A program made the translations under genes and the position numbers. Under the pieces are notes generated by a model. It was not told the origin of the DNA. It saw nothing but the letters and a program-made list of their open reading frames with translations, and searched no databases. Shown here piece after piece: positions 8,154-17,843 of a DNA stretch of 39,702 nucleotides. Source of the DNA: a bacterium (GTDB taxonomy: Bacteria; Hinthialibacterota; Hinthialibacteria; Hinthialibacterales; Hinthialibacteraceae); contig JBHGBC010000045.1 in the NCBI GenBank assembly GCA_041946805.1, forward strand, positions 1 to 39,702. Direction: 5' to 3'. Each line of letters starts with the position of its first letter. Position 1 is the first letter of the stretch.

Positions 8154-9293
8154 TTATTTTCCGTTTCCCCTTGCTTCACGCCAATTTTCCCCTTGCTTCA
8201 CGCCAATAAGGCGGCCCAGGATCGCGTGTAGCCGGGCGGCATTCTTCCGGATATCGTGATGGGCCTCAGCGTAGGCCCGGGCGTTGGCGCTGTACTCCCG
8301 CCAAACCGGCTGATCCCCCAGCAGGCGTTCCACGGCACGGGCCATCGCCGTCGTGCCGGTTCCTGTCCGGATCCCCAAGCGGTGGGACTCCAGGATGCCA
8401 TCGGGATCGATGATCGACGCCACCACCGGCGTTCCCCATTTGAACGATTGCACATACGTATTGGGAAAACCTTCCTGAATGGAGGTGTTCACCGATACCC
8501 GGTGGCGTGCGAACAACTGCTCGGTTTCTTCATACAACGCCCCGGGAGAAAATACCAGATTGGGCAATCGCGCGGCCCGTTGGGATATCCGTTCGAATTT
8601 CTCCCGGGAATTGGCCAGCGGGCAGACCATGGTAAAAGCGACCTGGGGCAGCGCCTCCACCAGGTCTAAAAAGGCCTCCGGATTTTTATAATCGTCACAA
8701 CGGCCGATCCAGAGGACTTCACTGGTTTTTTCGGGGATGGACTCCGGGATTTCGTGGGAACTCATCAGCACCTCGCTGTCCCGTCCCGTGCGCTGGAGCA
8801 ATAAATCGCGCTGCGCCTGGGTCTGGGTGATCACCGCCGCGGCCCGGCGCAGTCCGTGGCGGTAGAGGAGGCCGAACAACCATCCACAGTGTTCGTGCGT
8901 GCCGTCCACATCCAGCAGGCTGGAGGTCATGAATAGAAACGGCTTCTTTTTCAATCCGGCGGCCCAGGCCACGATGGCCGTCTCGATGCCGCCGCCCCGT
9001 TGCAGATAAATGTCCGTTTCGGACTGCGTACACGCGCGGAGGGTTTCCCAAAAACCCAGACGCGCCCGGGCCCCGGCCGATGTCCGGTACGGGAGTTTCC
9101 AAACCTGAATGGATTGGTGCTCGTATTGTTCGAAAGCCCCCTGTCCGCGAGTGATGAAGTGAACCTGAACGCCCTGTTCGCGCGCCAGATGCCGCGCCAG
9201 CAAATATAATTGGAGTTCGGCTCCGCCGAACGGCTGCGGATCGTCCGGGCGGAACAACTTGTTGGCCCACAGAGATAGAATGGTGAGTTTCAT
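8154..9293 (-). CDS. Glycosyltransferase family 4 (GT-B)
   Basis: FGGAELQ N-terminal motif, WIGR...KNP, EGFPNTYVQSFKWGTPVV; ATG 9293 preferred. Confidence 0.88.
   Translation of the reverse strand: MKLTILSLWANKLFRPDDPQPFGGAELQLYLLARHLAREQGVQVHFITRGQGAFEQYEHQSIQVWKLPYRTSAGARARLGFWETLRACTQSETDIYLQRGGGIETAIVAWAAGLKKKPFLFMTSSLLDVDGTHEHCGWLFGLLYRHGLRRAAAVITQTQAQRDLLLQRTGRDSEVLMSSHEIPESIPEKTSEVLWIGRCDDYKNPEAFLDLVEALPQVAFTMVCPLANSREKFERISQRAARLPNLVFSPGALYEETEQLFARHRVSVNTSIQEGFPNTYVQSFKWGTPVVASIIDPDGILESHRLGIRTGTGTTAMARAVERLLGDQPVWREYSANARAYAEAHHDIRKNAARLHAILGRLIGVKQGENWREARGNGK
8164..8207. repeat. Perfect 22-bp tandem duplication inside the GT4 3' end
   Basis: TTTCCCCTTGCTTCACGCCAAT at 8164-8185 and 8186-8207. 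Confidence 0.92.
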
Positions 9294-9595
9294 GCCCCCT
9301 AACATCCTCTTGAATGAGTCATGATCTATTCGGCTGGAGGAAAGTAGGATAAAACCGGACCGTACCAGATTGGGGGCGGCCTGATCCCTTTGCACTTACT
9401 GACAATGTGAGTTTACTATCGCTGCCTTAGAGTTTTTCACTCCCAGTGTTCCATGGGATGAATTTTCCTTCAACCCTGGTTAAAGTTTACCCGGCCGGCC
9501 ACCACCCTTCTCCAGATTCCAGTATCCGTTCGAGGAAAGGGCGTTTCAAGGACGAGCCGGGAACGGACGAATCTGAAAGCAGGTGAATAACAACG

Positions 9596-10552
9596 ATGGT
9601 CTGCATGGTGACAGGCTGCGCGGGATTTATCGGAAGCCATCTGTGTGAGGAACTCTTGCGGGAAGGCGAAGAAGTCATCGGCATCGATTCCCTGACAGAC
9701 TATTACGATCCCGGAATCAAGCGGCTCAACCTGCAAAATCTCACCCGCTACAAAAATTTCACCGGAGTGGAAGAAGACCTGTTGAAAACCGGCCTGGACG
9801 CGTGGCTGCGGCGGGTGGATTGCGTGTTTCACGCCGCCGCGCAACCCGGCGTCCGCAAAAGCTGGGGGGAGGAATTTCACATCTATGTCCGGCAAAATAT
9901 CCTCGCCACGCAACGGCTGCTGGAATGCGTGAAGAATTCCGGGAAAGAAATCAAGGTGGTGTTTTCCTCATCCTCCTCGATCTATGGCAACACCGATCAA
10001 CTCCCGATGACCGAATCCGCGGTTCCGCAACCCTTTTCCCCCTATGGCGTGACCAAACTATCCTCCGAACACCTATGCCTGGCCTATCATGCCAACCATG
10101 GAATTCCCGTAGTGGCGCTGCGTTATTTCACGGTCTACGGTCCCCGCCAGCGGCCTGATATGGCGTTCCATATTTTCTGCCGGAGCATTTTGGAAAATAC
10201 GCCCATCACGATTCTAGGCGATGGGGCGCAAACCCGCGATTTCACCTTCGTTTCGGATATCGTGGCCGCCAACCGCGCGGCGGCCCGCCGTCCGGTGGCG
10301 GGGGAAATATTCAACATCGGCGGGGGCAGCCGGATCTCCTTATGCGACGCGGTCACGTTGCTGCAGGAGATAGCCGGCCAACGCGTTCCGGTGATTCACC
10401 AACCTTCGGCCAAGGGCGATGTCCGGGATACCTGGGCCAGTACGGAAAAAGCCCGGCGCTGGCTGGATTTCCGCCCAGCGGTCCCATTGCGGGAAGGGTT
10501 GGAAAGGCAATTCGCCTGGCACCGGGATCGGCAACGGACTCAACGCAGGTGA
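9596..10552 (+). CDS. NAD-dependent nucleotide-sugar epimerase/dehydratase (extended SDR)
   Basis: VTGCAGFIGSH, SSSSIYG, YGVTK, RYFTVYGPRQRPDMA. Confidence 0.93.
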   Translation: MVCMVTGCAGFIGSHLCEELLREGEEVIGIDSLTDYYDPGIKRLNLQNLTRYKNFTGVEEDLLKTGLDAWLRRVDCVFHAAAQPGVRKSWGEEFHIYVRQNILATQRLLECVKNSGKEIKVVFSSSSSIYGNTDQLPMTESAVPQPFSPYGVTKLSSEHLCLAYHANHGIPVVALRYFTVYGPRQRPDMAFHIFCRSILENTPITILGDGAQTRDFTFVSDIVAANRAAARRPVAGEIFNIGGGSRISLCDAVTLLQEIAGQRVPVIHQPSAKGDVRDTWASTEKARRWLDFRPAVPLREGLERQFAWHRDRQRTQRR

Positions 10553-11634
10553 GTGGTCCGGCCGCTCTCGTTCCGGGATCGGGATTTCATCCAGGCGGCC
10601 AGATCGAATCCCGCGCCATCGTAAACCGCCGTTTCGGGATCAAAGGCATACCAGGCAAACCAGAAAGAGTGCACGACTTCCGCGCCTTCGCCGTGTTCGA
10701 CGATCACCTGGCCGTCTTCGAGCCGTTCGATGGTGATTGGAATCCCATTCAGGCTGTCCTGGATTGGATTAGCCTGTGTTTCAAACCGCCGGAACGGGTA
10801 AGCCTTGCCGGCCGTTCCCACCCGGATCCCAAGCACCGGCTCTTTTAAATCGAACAGATTTTTGGTCTGATCGACCGGATAGTACAATCCTGGCTGCGCG
10901 AAATATTCGGCATGGTATTTTTTATCGTAATTTCTCTTGTGCCCGGTATCCAATGACAAAACCCGGGTGCTAGGATACCGCTCGCGCCACTGCTCCCAGG
11001 TGACCAGCTGATGATCCAGTGTCCGCAGCGGGATTTCCGTCATCGGACCGGTCACGGCTTTGCCTAACAACTGGCACCAAAGGCTTTCTTCTTCATTTTT
11101 CGCCCGGCGGTTATAGAACAACAGATTGCTTTGATACAGGAATCCGGAAACACCGAACTCCAGCACATCACCGCTCACGCGGCGGTCGAAAACCATCGTG
11201 GAATCGCACAACGGGCAGTAGGTCACCACGAACGGATGGTCCCCGATCGTGTCGTTGACGCATTCATGCCACGCCATGATCCGCAAGGGATAGGCGCGCG
11301 CCTCCCCTTCCACGCGCACACCGATTACCCGGTCGTCTGGATCCAGGTAATCCGCCTCCGCCGCGGCAAGCATCCGGGGATGGGTCAAGGCAGGAATTCC
11401 ATCCTTAGGAGGGCCTCCGTGATAGATTTTATTCACTGGAATGCTGGTCTTGGACAGGTTGAAGGTCATGGAAGCCAGGGCGGTTGATTTGGAAGCGGAG
11501 AGCATCCGGCATTCGCTCTCTATCCGGGTGGCGACATGGCAATAGGTGAAATACCCGCACATCAGGATGGCGGCGATCAGGGATAGACAAAGAAAAAGTT
11601 CCCGGCCCTGCGGCCAGAAGGTGCGGCTTTTCAT
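10540..11634 (-). CDS. DUF3179-family membrane-anchored protein with CxxC
   Basis: GGPPKDGIPAL, AYPLRIMAWHECVND, TYCPLC, FGVSGFLYQSNL, FWFAWYAF; N-terminal hydrophobic helix. Confidence 0.85.
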   Translation of the reverse strand: MKSRTFWPQGRELFLCLSLIAAILMCGYFTYCHVATRIESECRMLSASKSTALASMTFNLSKTSIPVNKIYHGGPPKDGIPALTHPRMLAAAEADYLDPDDRVIGVRVEGEARAYPLRIMAWHECVNDTIGDHPFVVTYCPLCDSTMVFDRRVSGDVLEFGVSGFLYQSNLLFYNRRAKNEEESLWCQLLGKAVTGPMTEIPLRTLDHQLVTWEQWRERYPSTRVLSLDTGHKRNYDKKYHAEYFAQPGLYYPVDQTKNLFDLKEPVLGIRVGTAGKAYPFRRFETQANPIQDSLNGIPITIERLEDGQVIVEHGEGAEVVHSFWFAWYAFDPETAVYDGAGFDLAAWMKSRSRNESGRTTHLR

Positions 11635-11782
11635 CAATCGGTAGGGAAATGATTTCCGTCGTTCTATTTCTCTAGTAAATTGATCTTATTTAGTTAAATT
11701 CATTATACCGGTCTGGCGGGAATCACCAAAAAATTAGTCCCATGAAGGGCTTATCGATCGTTTATATTCATGGGAGACGATC

Positions 11783-11986
11783 ATGAATCTGGAATCTCTC
11801 ACGGATAACGAATTGCTGGAGGAAATCCACCGGAACCGGCGGCAGCTGGAGCATCTGCGCGGCCAGCTCGAAACCGGCCAAGGCACGGTGGATCCCGATG
11901 ACCTGCGGCGGCGCATGAGCAATCTGAATCACCTCAAGATGGAAGCCCGGCGCCGGGGACTGAGTGTGGACGGGCACGCCGCATGA
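11783..11986 (+). CDS. Small helical protein resembling ribosomal protein uL29 (divergent paralog?)
   Basis: LESLTDNELLEEI...LEHLRGQLETGQ...P..LR...L..LK...R.R follows the uL29 pattern; GGAG RBS; ATGA overlap with next gene. Confidence 0.55.
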   Translation: MNLESLTDNELLEEIHRNRRQLEHLRGQLETGQGTVDPDDLRRRMSNLNHLKMEARRRGLSVDGHAA

Positions 11987-12894
11987 TGTCCAGGACGATT
12001 CACGTCATCGTCAATCCCGCCGCGGCGGGCGGCCGGTCGGTTCACACCTGGGAGCAAGTGCTGCGGTTCTTCCGGCATCAGGGCATCACGCTTTGTCCTC
12101 ACTTCACCCACGAACGGCGGGAAGCGGCCGCCATCGCGAAAAGCTTGATCGAAGCCGGTGAAAGGGAACTGGCGGCGGCGGGGGGCGATGGCACCGCCTT
12201 CGAGGTCATCAACGGTATTTTGTCGAGTGCAGCGTCTCCCCACACGCGCTTGGGAATCATCCCCCTGGGCACAGGGAACTCGTTCCTGCGGGATTTCGGG
12301 CTCCACGGCTGGCAATCCGCCGCGGCCCGGATCGTGGAAGGAAAAATCCGTCCGGCCGATGTGGGACGGGTGACCTGGCTCACGGATTCCCCCCTGGCAC
12401 CGCTTTACTTTCACAACATGTTGGGCTTGGGCTTGATGGCGGAAGCCTGCCGCCTGCGCCATGTCCGGTATCCCTTTCTGGGAAAATACGCCTACCACGC
12501 GGCCTTCTTCAACCTGTTGCCGGCGGTGAAAAACCAAGCGGCAACTCTGTGCGTCGACGAGGGAAAAGAATTCCCCGTGCAAATTCCCCTCCTGGCCGTC
12601 TGCAATTCCCAATACACGGGTTATGACATGCGTTTGTCGCCGGATTCGCGGGTGGACGACGGCCGGCTCGAGCTGCTCTATGCGGAGGATTTATCGTCGT
12701 GGGAAATTCTCAAATTATTCCTCCAGCTGCCCCAGGGAATCCATCTGCGGCATCCCTGCGTGCGGGTCGTTCCCTTTTCGGTTTGTGAAATCGAAATGCC
12801 AGAACCGCGGTATATCATGATGGATGGGGAAGTGGTGGATTCCCAACGCATGCGGGTTGAGGTGCTTCCCGGCGCGCTGAACGTAATGGTGTGA
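11983..12894 (+). CDS. Diacylglycerol/lipid kinase family protein (YegS/DgkB-like)
   Basis: IVNPAAAGG, AAGGDGTAFEVING, IIPLGTGN, MMDGE motifs. Confidence 0.92.
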   Translation: MMSRTIHVIVNPAAAGGRSVHTWEQVLRFFRHQGITLCPHFTHERREAAAIAKSLIEAGERELAAAGGDGTAFEVINGILSSAASPHTRLGIIPLGTGNSFLRDFGLHGWQSAAARIVEGKIRPADVGRVTWLTDSPLAPLYFHNMLGLGLMAEACRLRHVRYPFLGKYAYHAAFFNLLPAVKNQAATLCVDEGKEFPVQIPLLAVCNSQYTGYDMRLSPDSRVDDGRLELLYAEDLSSWEILKLFLQLPQGIHLRHPCVRVVPFSVCEIEMPEPRYIMMDGEVVDSQRMRVEVLPGALNVMV

Positions 12895-13238
12895 TTCTTG
12901 CTAATCTTGATGATATCGCATGACGAATCAAAACATATCATGCCGTGGACACCGCCTGGGTTAGGGGAAGACGATATTCGTTAAGGGCAGGGGGATCATG
13001 GTGGGATAAACCTGAACCACTCGAGACCGGGGCGGCCGGCGGGTTGCCCTGATCTCTCGACTTGATGATTGGCCAGAATAGAGTATTGCATACGATCGCG
13101 CCCCTTGGTGAAACCCAGAGAAGAAGTCCCATCGGTTCCACAAAAGGGAGGGCGGGGCCGGATACCATGAGAACACATCCGGCGGCGGGTGTTAAAAAAC
13201 CTGTAGTTTCAAACGGAAAAATCCGATAAAATCAGCGG

Positions 13239-14270
13239 GTGTTCACGGATCACATACGCGAATGGGATGGAAGAGTGGAAACGGTCAATACCTTCTACAG
13301 AGGAACCTGCGATTGGTTTGAAGACGCGGTCCTTTCGGTGTGCCACCAGTTTTTCCCCACCGAGCCCGCGCTCACCATTCATTCCGTATCGCCCCGCTTG
13401 AACCGGTGTCCCGGCCACCACGACTTCGATTTCATCTGCCGGTCTCCCGACGCGGAATTCAAGGTGATGCTGCGTCTGGCTCAAGGCCGGCTCTCCATCT
13501 GGGAAGGGATCGAGCACGAGAAATACCAAAAAGAATACAGCGTGATGCTGCACGCGTACCAAGCCGGTTACCCTTCCCCGTTTCCGTACGGCGTCGGCGT
13601 GACCAAGCGCCCCTTCGGCAGCCCCTATCTCTTGATGGATCCGGGGGATGGCTTCCGGTGGTGGGAAATCAACAACAGCCTGCGCGCCGTGCAGATCGAA
13701 GTGGTCGATTCGCTGGCCGATCAACTGGCCTTGCTCCATCAAGCCGTGCCCCCCAGGCATCCCCGTGTCCCGGCGGTGGAGGTGGGCCGCGTCTTGAATC
13801 AGCTCTGGGCCCGGGTGGCGCATCTTAAGGAAGACGAACTGGTCCGGTGCTTCGAAGGCTGTTGGAACCAGTGCCCCTCGATCACCCCGCTGCCCTTCGT
13901 GCTGCTTCACGGATCCTTCGATCTGGACCATGTTCTGATCCAGAACGGCAAGGTGCGCACGGTGATTGAATGGGAGCACGCGGCGGCCGGCGATCCCCGG
14001 TGGGACGTGGCCCATTGCTCCATCACGCTCCAACGGCCGCGGGACCGCTTTCTTGCCAACCGCTTTTTAGCCCGCTATGTCCAGAACACCGGGACTCCCA
14101 TGGAATGCATCAGCTTTTGGGAAGGCCTGGTGTCGTTACGGTCGTACGCGCTCATTCGGTGGCTGCGTTCGTTGGACGAACGCAGTTTCGAGGCGGTCGC
14201 CGGACGGCAAACCAATCTCGTGGACCGGGAAGAGGAAATGCGGGCGCGGGCCCTGCGGCAATTCACCTGA
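13239..14270 (+). CDS. Aminoglycoside-phosphotransferase/kinase-fold protein with non-canonical catalytic motifs
   Basis: LALLH, LLHGSFDLDHVL (cf. HGDxxxxN), VIEWEHAAAGDPRWDVA (cf. IDWE...GDP..D); GTG start uncertain. Confidence 0.75.
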   Translation: MFTDHIREWDGRVETVNTFYRGTCDWFEDAVLSVCHQFFPTEPALTIHSVSPRLNRCPGHHDFDFICRSPDAEFKVMLRLAQGRLSIWEGIEHEKYQKEYSVMLHAYQAGYPSPFPYGVGVTKRPFGSPYLLMDPGDGFRWWEINNSLRAVQIEVVDSLADQLALLHQAVPPRHPRVPAVEVGRVLNQLWARVAHLKEDELVRCFEGCWNQCPSITPLPFVLLHGSFDLDHVLIQNGKVRTVIEWEHAAAGDPRWDVAHCSITLQRPRDRFLANRFLARYVQNTGTPMECISFWEGLVSLRSYALIRWLRSLDERSFEAVAGRQTNLVDREEEMRARALRQFT

Positions 14271-14772
14271 CCGTTTCCAGGACCACGCGCGATCGACAAG
14301 GTTTTAATTCATGCCAGGGGCGCACCGCGGCGTGCCCTTGCTTCTCTACCGATTCCATCACCTGAAACAAACGAACGCATCCTCCGGAAATGAACTCCAT
14401 GGATTCTTCCGGATAACGTATACCTTTTTATCCAGATGTCCGGGCGGCATCCCATCGAATGAATCTATGAATATTACTTCAAAAGCCTTTCTACCGCTGG
14501 GAGAGGGTCAGGGTGAGGCATTTATTTCCGCCAGCCAGACCTTGGTGTCCGCCCGCTTCACCAAGGGAATGGATTGCCTTTTTCCCATCAGGAACTCACT
14601 TCCCGGATGGACCATTCTTACTCCGGTCCCCGAGGCAGATGGAATTTCAGGATTCTCACTCCAGCCGGCCCGTTTGCCAACCATTCACGTCCCTTCCCAA
14701 TAGCTACGGCGAAACCGATGAACTCATTTTGAGCCATGATGGCGCGGATTGCGGACTTGGATCTTGGATGTT

Positions 14773-15057
14773 TCAACTCTTTTTGACTTTCACCGCATCC
14801 TTGAAGGCTTTCCCCGCGGCAAAAACCGGGGTGACGGTGGCGCTGATCTCGATTTCCTCGCCCGTGGCCGGATTGCGTCCTTTCCGGGCCTTGCGTTCCC
14901 GCACGGAAAACGTGCCGAATCCGGTGATTTGCACCTTGTCGCCTTCCTTCAGCGCGTTGGTGATGGCCTCCAGGGTGGCCTGCAGGGCCTTTTCGCTATC
15001 GGATTTGGTCAGATTCGTTTCTTTGACAATGGCTTCCACCAGCTCCCCTTTGTTCAT
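14773..15057 (-). CDS. hup: DNA-binding protein HU
   Basis: MNKGELVEAI...VQITGFGTFSVRERKARKGRNPATGEEIEI...PVFAAGKAFK. Confidence 0.96.
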   Translation of the reverse strand: MNKGELVEAIVKETNLTKSDSEKALQATLEAITNALKEGDKVQITGFGTFSVRERKARKGRNPATGEEIEISATVTPVFAAGKAFKDAVKVKKS

Positions 15058-15538
15058 GATTTTCCTTCTCCTTTTTTGTATGAAATCGCAAGCCCTCGTT
15101 TGGATGGAACCGTCCCAGAACCATTCTAAATACACGATTTTTGCCGAACCCGGAAGCGAACTGGATGATACGCTAACAAATCTCCGGCCTTTTGGCAATG
15201 AGAAAATCCCGTTTGACAGGATAAATCCGCCCCGGGAATCCAAAAGGGAAAGGGGACAGGGGAGGTGCGGATCTCCCCCTCCCCTCGGCGGCTTCAGGAT
15301 GGGAATCCCTTTCTCCCGAACCCTCTCCATCAATCTTCAACCACAGGTTTACCAAAATCGCCATCCCGGTGCAAGCGCGGATCCCACGCGATTTCCCGGC
15401 AGGGATACCCGGTCTTGGATACTCCCGGTGACTTTTGGGCATTTCCACCAGCAGGGAGTGACAAGGCCGGTGCAAATTGCCTTCTTTTTTGAAGGATCTT
15501 CGTTATACTGGTCTCCCGTAATGGATAGGGAAAAGGTC

Positions 15539-16540
15539 ATGATGGAATCCAGGCAATTGTTCGATCAATTCGGCCGCCGGATCACCTACCTGCGCATGTC
15601 GGTGACCGACCGGTGTAACTTTCGCTGCACCTACTGCATGCCCGCGGGCGGCCTGCGCGAACTCGGGCGTTACGAGTTGCTCACCCTCGAGGAACTGGCG
15701 CGCCTGGGGCGGGTGTTCGTGGAGGAAGGCATCGGCAAGATCCGCTTGACCGGCGGCGAGCCGCTTCTCCGTCATGATCTGCACTTCCTGGTCCGCGAGC
15801 TGAGCGCCTTGCCCGGCCTGCGGGACCTGTGCCTGACCACCAACGGCCACTTGCTCGCCGAACAGGCTGAAATCCTCGCCCAGGCCGGATTGATACGCAT
15901 TAACGTCAGCCTGGACAGCCTCGATCCCGAAAAGTTCAAGTGTATCACCCGGGGCGGCGACCTGCGGCGGGTTTTGCGGGGACTGGATGCGGCCCGTGAA
16001 GTGATCCCCGGCCCGGTCAAGATCAACATGGTCGCGGCGAAGGGATTCAACGACGGCGAGGTGCTGGATTTCGCCCGCCTGACCCTTGAGCCGGGATATC
16101 ACGTCCGTTTCATCGAGCCGATGCCGATGAGCCCGCACGCGTCCTGGGAACGGGGCGAGGTGCTTTCGGTGATCGAGATCCAACGGCAAATCGAAGAAGC
16201 CTTCGGACTGGAGCCCGTGGCCGAAGATCATTCACTGGCCGGTCCCGCCTCGCGTTTCCGGATTCCCGGAGCGGCGGGGGAGTTGGGATTCATCGGCGCG
16301 GTGACCGACGAGTTCTGCGCGCGCTGCAACCGGATCCGGTTGACGCCCGACGGAAAACTGCGGGGTTGCCTGATGGCGGACGGGGAGATCGATTTCCTGC
16401 GGCCCATGCGTTCCGGCGTATCCGATGACGGCCTGCGGGAGATGCTCTATCAAGCCATGCGGGTGAAGCCCGAGCGGCATTATATCAACGAGCTCTATTT
16501 CATCCGTCCGCTGCGGACCATGTCGCAGATCGGGGGGTAG
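15539..16540 (+). CDS. moaA: GTP 3',8-cyclase (molybdenum cofactor biosynthesis, radical SAM)
   Basis: YLRMSVTDRCNFRCTYCMP, RLTGGEPL, FCARCNRIRLTPDGKLRGCL, C-terminal MSQIGG; start 15521-15542. Confidence 0.96.
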   Translation: MMESRQLFDQFGRRITYLRMSVTDRCNFRCTYCMPAGGLRELGRYELLTLEELARLGRVFVEEGIGKIRLTGGEPLLRHDLHFLVRELSALPGLRDLCLTTNGHLLAEQAEILAQAGLIRINVSLDSLDPEKFKCITRGGDLRRVLRGLDAAREVIPGPVKINMVAAKGFNDGEVLDFARLTLEPGYHVRFIEPMPMSPHASWERGEVLSVIEIQRQIEEAFGLEPVAEDHSLAGPASRFRIPGAAGELGFIGAVTDEFCARCNRIRLTPDGKLRGCLMADGEIDFLRPMRSGVSDDGLREMLYQAMRVKPERHYINELYFIRPLRTMSQIGG

Positions 16541-16568
16541 GGGGGATTTGGATCCGTTAGAATAAAAT

Positions 16569-16988
16569 TTATATTTGTTTTAATAATATCTGAAATCCAG
16601 CTTGGAGAAAATGATCATCCGTTGTTAATGCCTCATGAATTTCACGTTCTTGCATCACCACGAATGAGATGCAATCCGTGATACTCCACTCTTTATCCGG
16701 ACGGCTTGCGTTAAGTTGAAAGGCCTTGGCAAAGATAGGCTCTGAGAGAGGAACAATCTCGACCTTAGGATCAGATTCCAAGGCACGTATTAAGCGGATT
16801 GTTTCATTCCGATATCGAATTTTATATAAAGCATTTCCTAGTTCCACAATAATGGCGCGTGTGGTTACGCGACGGATGCGTTTTTTTTGTATCTGCTCAG
16901 CCAATTGAACCGCGCGATGGTGGAAATGATCCTTAGGTGAGGACAGGGCAATCGCAAAAGCGGTGTCAAGAAAGACTTCATTCTTCAT
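16569..16988 (-). CDS. vapC: PIN-domain (VapC-family) toxin
   Basis: VFLDT, E(LGN), WSITDCISFVVM, LTTDDHF acidic tetrad; lower GC. Confidence 0.92.
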   Translation of the reverse strand: MKNEVFLDTAFAIALSSPKDHFHHRAVQLAEQIQKKRIRRVTTRAIIVELGNALYKIRYRNETIRLIRALESDPKVEIVPLSEPIFAKAFQLNASRPDKEWSITDCISFVVMQEREIHEALTTDDHFLQAGFQILLKQI

Positions 16989-17208
16989 GGTCCGGTTTTG
17001 CATACAAATATTCTTCCAAACGCAGGGACCAATCCGGAGGCCCTTCCAGGTTGAGATGGCGAGCAGTTTCCAAAAAAGAGGCGCATTCATTTTCCGTGAA
17101 TGTGACGGTCTCGATCGTAATCCGCACCCGAGTATTGGGTTGAAGTGGGACTGATTCTTTCGGGCAAAAAACTTCGCCATCAAATACGGCTTCGATGGAT
17201 TTTGGCAT
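16978..17208 (-). CDS. AF2212/DUF104-like antitoxin
   Basis: MPKSIEAVFDGEVFCPKESVPLQPNTRVRITI; overlaps the PIN gene start. Confidence 0.85.
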   Translation of the reverse strand: MPKSIEAVFDGEVFCPKESVPLQPNTRVRITIETVTFTENECASFLETARHLNLEGPPDWSLRLEEYLYAKPDHEE

Positions 17209-17242
17209 GATTCGGATTCTCCTGATTCGTTTCTCACCAGAA

Positions 17243-17581
17243 TCATAGCATAAAACGGATCTTCCGGCGGGCCAACAGCCGGCCGCGCACGCCTTGGGAA
17301 TCGAAACGGAGTTCGTTTTCCTTCCGTACCGCTTCGGCTTGTTTATTTCGCGACCGCAAATAGGTCTCAACTGCCGAAGGATTCCGCAGGTAATATCCCA
17401 AAACAGTATAAATATCGGCTAAATTCAAGGTGGTATATTGTTGGGCGATTTCTTCGGCCGTGGCGCCCTCGGAAAAGGCGGCGATGATGGTTTCCAGCGG
17501 GATACGGGTACCACTGATACGGGCCACACCATCCACGCCGGTTTGTATGGGAAGGTATTCCGGTGTGGTTTGGAACATCAT
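17243..17581 (-). CDS. DUF433-domain protein (antitoxin-like)
   Basis: RISGTRIPLETIIAAFSEGATAEEIAQQYTTLNLADIYTVLGYYL; AGGAGG RBS. Confidence 0.9.
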   Translation of the reverse strand: MMFQTTPEYLPIQTGVDGVARISGTRIPLETIIAAFSEGATAEEIAQQYTTLNLADIYTVLGYYLRNPSAVETYLRSRNKQAEAVRKENELRFDSQGVRGRLLARRKIRFML

Positions 17582-17711
17582 GGAGAGCCTCCTTGGTCTT
17601 GATGAACTCCTGTGATATTTATACTCCCGGGAGTTTCTGGACGATTTGGATCCCACTTTTTATTTCTTAAAGATAGAATATCACACGACTGTATTATACC
17701 TTCCCACTTCC

Positions 17712-17740
17712 TTGAATATCCGCCCAAGCCTGCTATAAAT
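17712..17740 (+). promoter_or_regulatory. Promoter of the tRNA-Ser pair
   Basis: TTGAAT, 16 nt, TATAAA with upstream TG, about 17 nt before the first tRNA. Confidence 0.6.
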
Positions 17741-17756
17741 AGTCTGTTCACGAGCG

Positions 17757-17843
17757 GGTGGGGTGGCCGAGCGGTTGAAGGCACCGGTCTTGAAAACCGG
17801 CGTGCGGGAAACTGTACCGTGGGTTCGAATCCCACCCCCACCG
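17757..17843 (+). tRNA. tRNA-Ser(TGA), CCA not encoded
   Basis: GGTGGGG/CCCCACC acceptor, CCGGT-CTTGAAA-ACCGG anticodon arm, long variable arm, discriminator G. Confidence 0.97.

Noticed and set aside
10540..11634. Selenoprotein recoding in the DUF3179 gene
   Set aside because: CxxC is encoded by Cys codons and there is no in-frame TGA
14513..15538. 675-aa ORF suggesting an N-terminally extended MoaA
   Set aside because: The extension is antisense to hup and runs through repeat and promoter DNA; MoaA homology starts near 15539
15058..15538. Moco riboswitch upstream of moaA
   Set aside because: A GC hairpin is present (~15259-15285) but I could not match the conserved Moco RNA elements; needs cmscan
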